Source: a virus
DNA: 64,000 bases
Reading direction: 5' to 3' (one strand)
Virus record (IMG/VR): IMGVR_UViG_3300022925_000006
This document shows positions 63,747 through 64,000 of the stretch, piece after piece. The position numbers and the translations under genes are program-made. Numbering within the stretch: the first letter of the stretch is position 1; each line of letters starts with the position of its first letter. Under the pieces are notes generated by a model. The model was not told the DNA's origin. It ran no database searches and was given only the letters and a program-made list of their open reading frames with translations.

Positions 63747-64000
63747 GTTCTTCACAGAAAAAGATATGGTGCCAACCAATGTTCCTATGGTGAACGTTGC
63801 GTTAGCAGGAAGTATTGACGGTGGTGTCACGCCAGGACTTACAGTTCTAGCGGGCCCGAGTAAGCACTTCAAGACATCTTTCGCACTGCTTATGGCGGGT
63901 GCGTACTTAGATGCAAAGAAGGATGCAGTCATGCTGTTCTATGATAGTGAGTTTGGTAGTCCCCAATCTTACTTTGAACAGTTTGGGGTTGACACCGCAC
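63676..64000 (+). CDS. uvsX: RecA-like recombinase UvsX (partial, runs off the window)
   Basis: MSSMMDKLKKNSK...NVALAGS.DGG..PGLTVLAGPSKHFKT...FYDSEFG; GAGGAG SD; not in the ORF track. Confidence 0.93.
   Translation, partial: MSSMMDKLKKNSKIKTTEVLSESKFFTEKDMVPTNVPMVNVALAGSIDGGVTPGLTVLAGPSKHFKTSFALLMAGAYLDAKKDAVMLFYDSEFGSPQSYFEQFGVDTA

Noticed and set aside
862-63932. Numerous 60-210 aa antisense or alternate-frame ORFs in the track (e.g. 12009-12623, 25922-26440, 58198-58833, 63669-63932)
   Set aside because: They lie wholly over well-supported genes and have no RBS or motifs; they are shadows of codon bias.

Overview
The window is a continuous 64-kb stretch of a T4-like myophage genome (roughly 40% GC), probably marine and infecting a proteobacterium, as inferred from a sigma32-type promoter on hsp20 and the absence of photosynthesis genes here. 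Layout: baseplate genes (gp25, gp6, gp7, gp9/10-like, gp8, DUF4815); an accessory fibre module; a long tail fibre; neck, terminase, tail and head genes (gp13-gp23); a minus-strand island (DUF4338/DruA-like gene, ParB-like gene, atypical tRNA-Gly); small early genes; and the recombination/replication block (gp3, uvsY, uvsW, gp55, gp47, gp46, gp45, gp44, gp62, regA, hsp20, gp43, uvsX) interspersed with sugar-modifying enzymes, oxygenases and a Mom-like gene. The main find is two paralogous ~857-aa virion proteins (13254-18408). Their tetrapeptide repeats read as self-complementary 'protein hairpins' with a reproducible pairing code. One is a single stem of 62+ unit pairs; the other is branched like an RNA multiloop and capped by a globular domain. 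A glycosyltransferase and an oxygenase follow them. The second candidate system is a tRNA-Gly with non-translational hallmarks beside GNAT/Mom-type genes, possibly for tRNA-dependent DNA modification. All family assignments come from motif recognition and gene order, not database searches.
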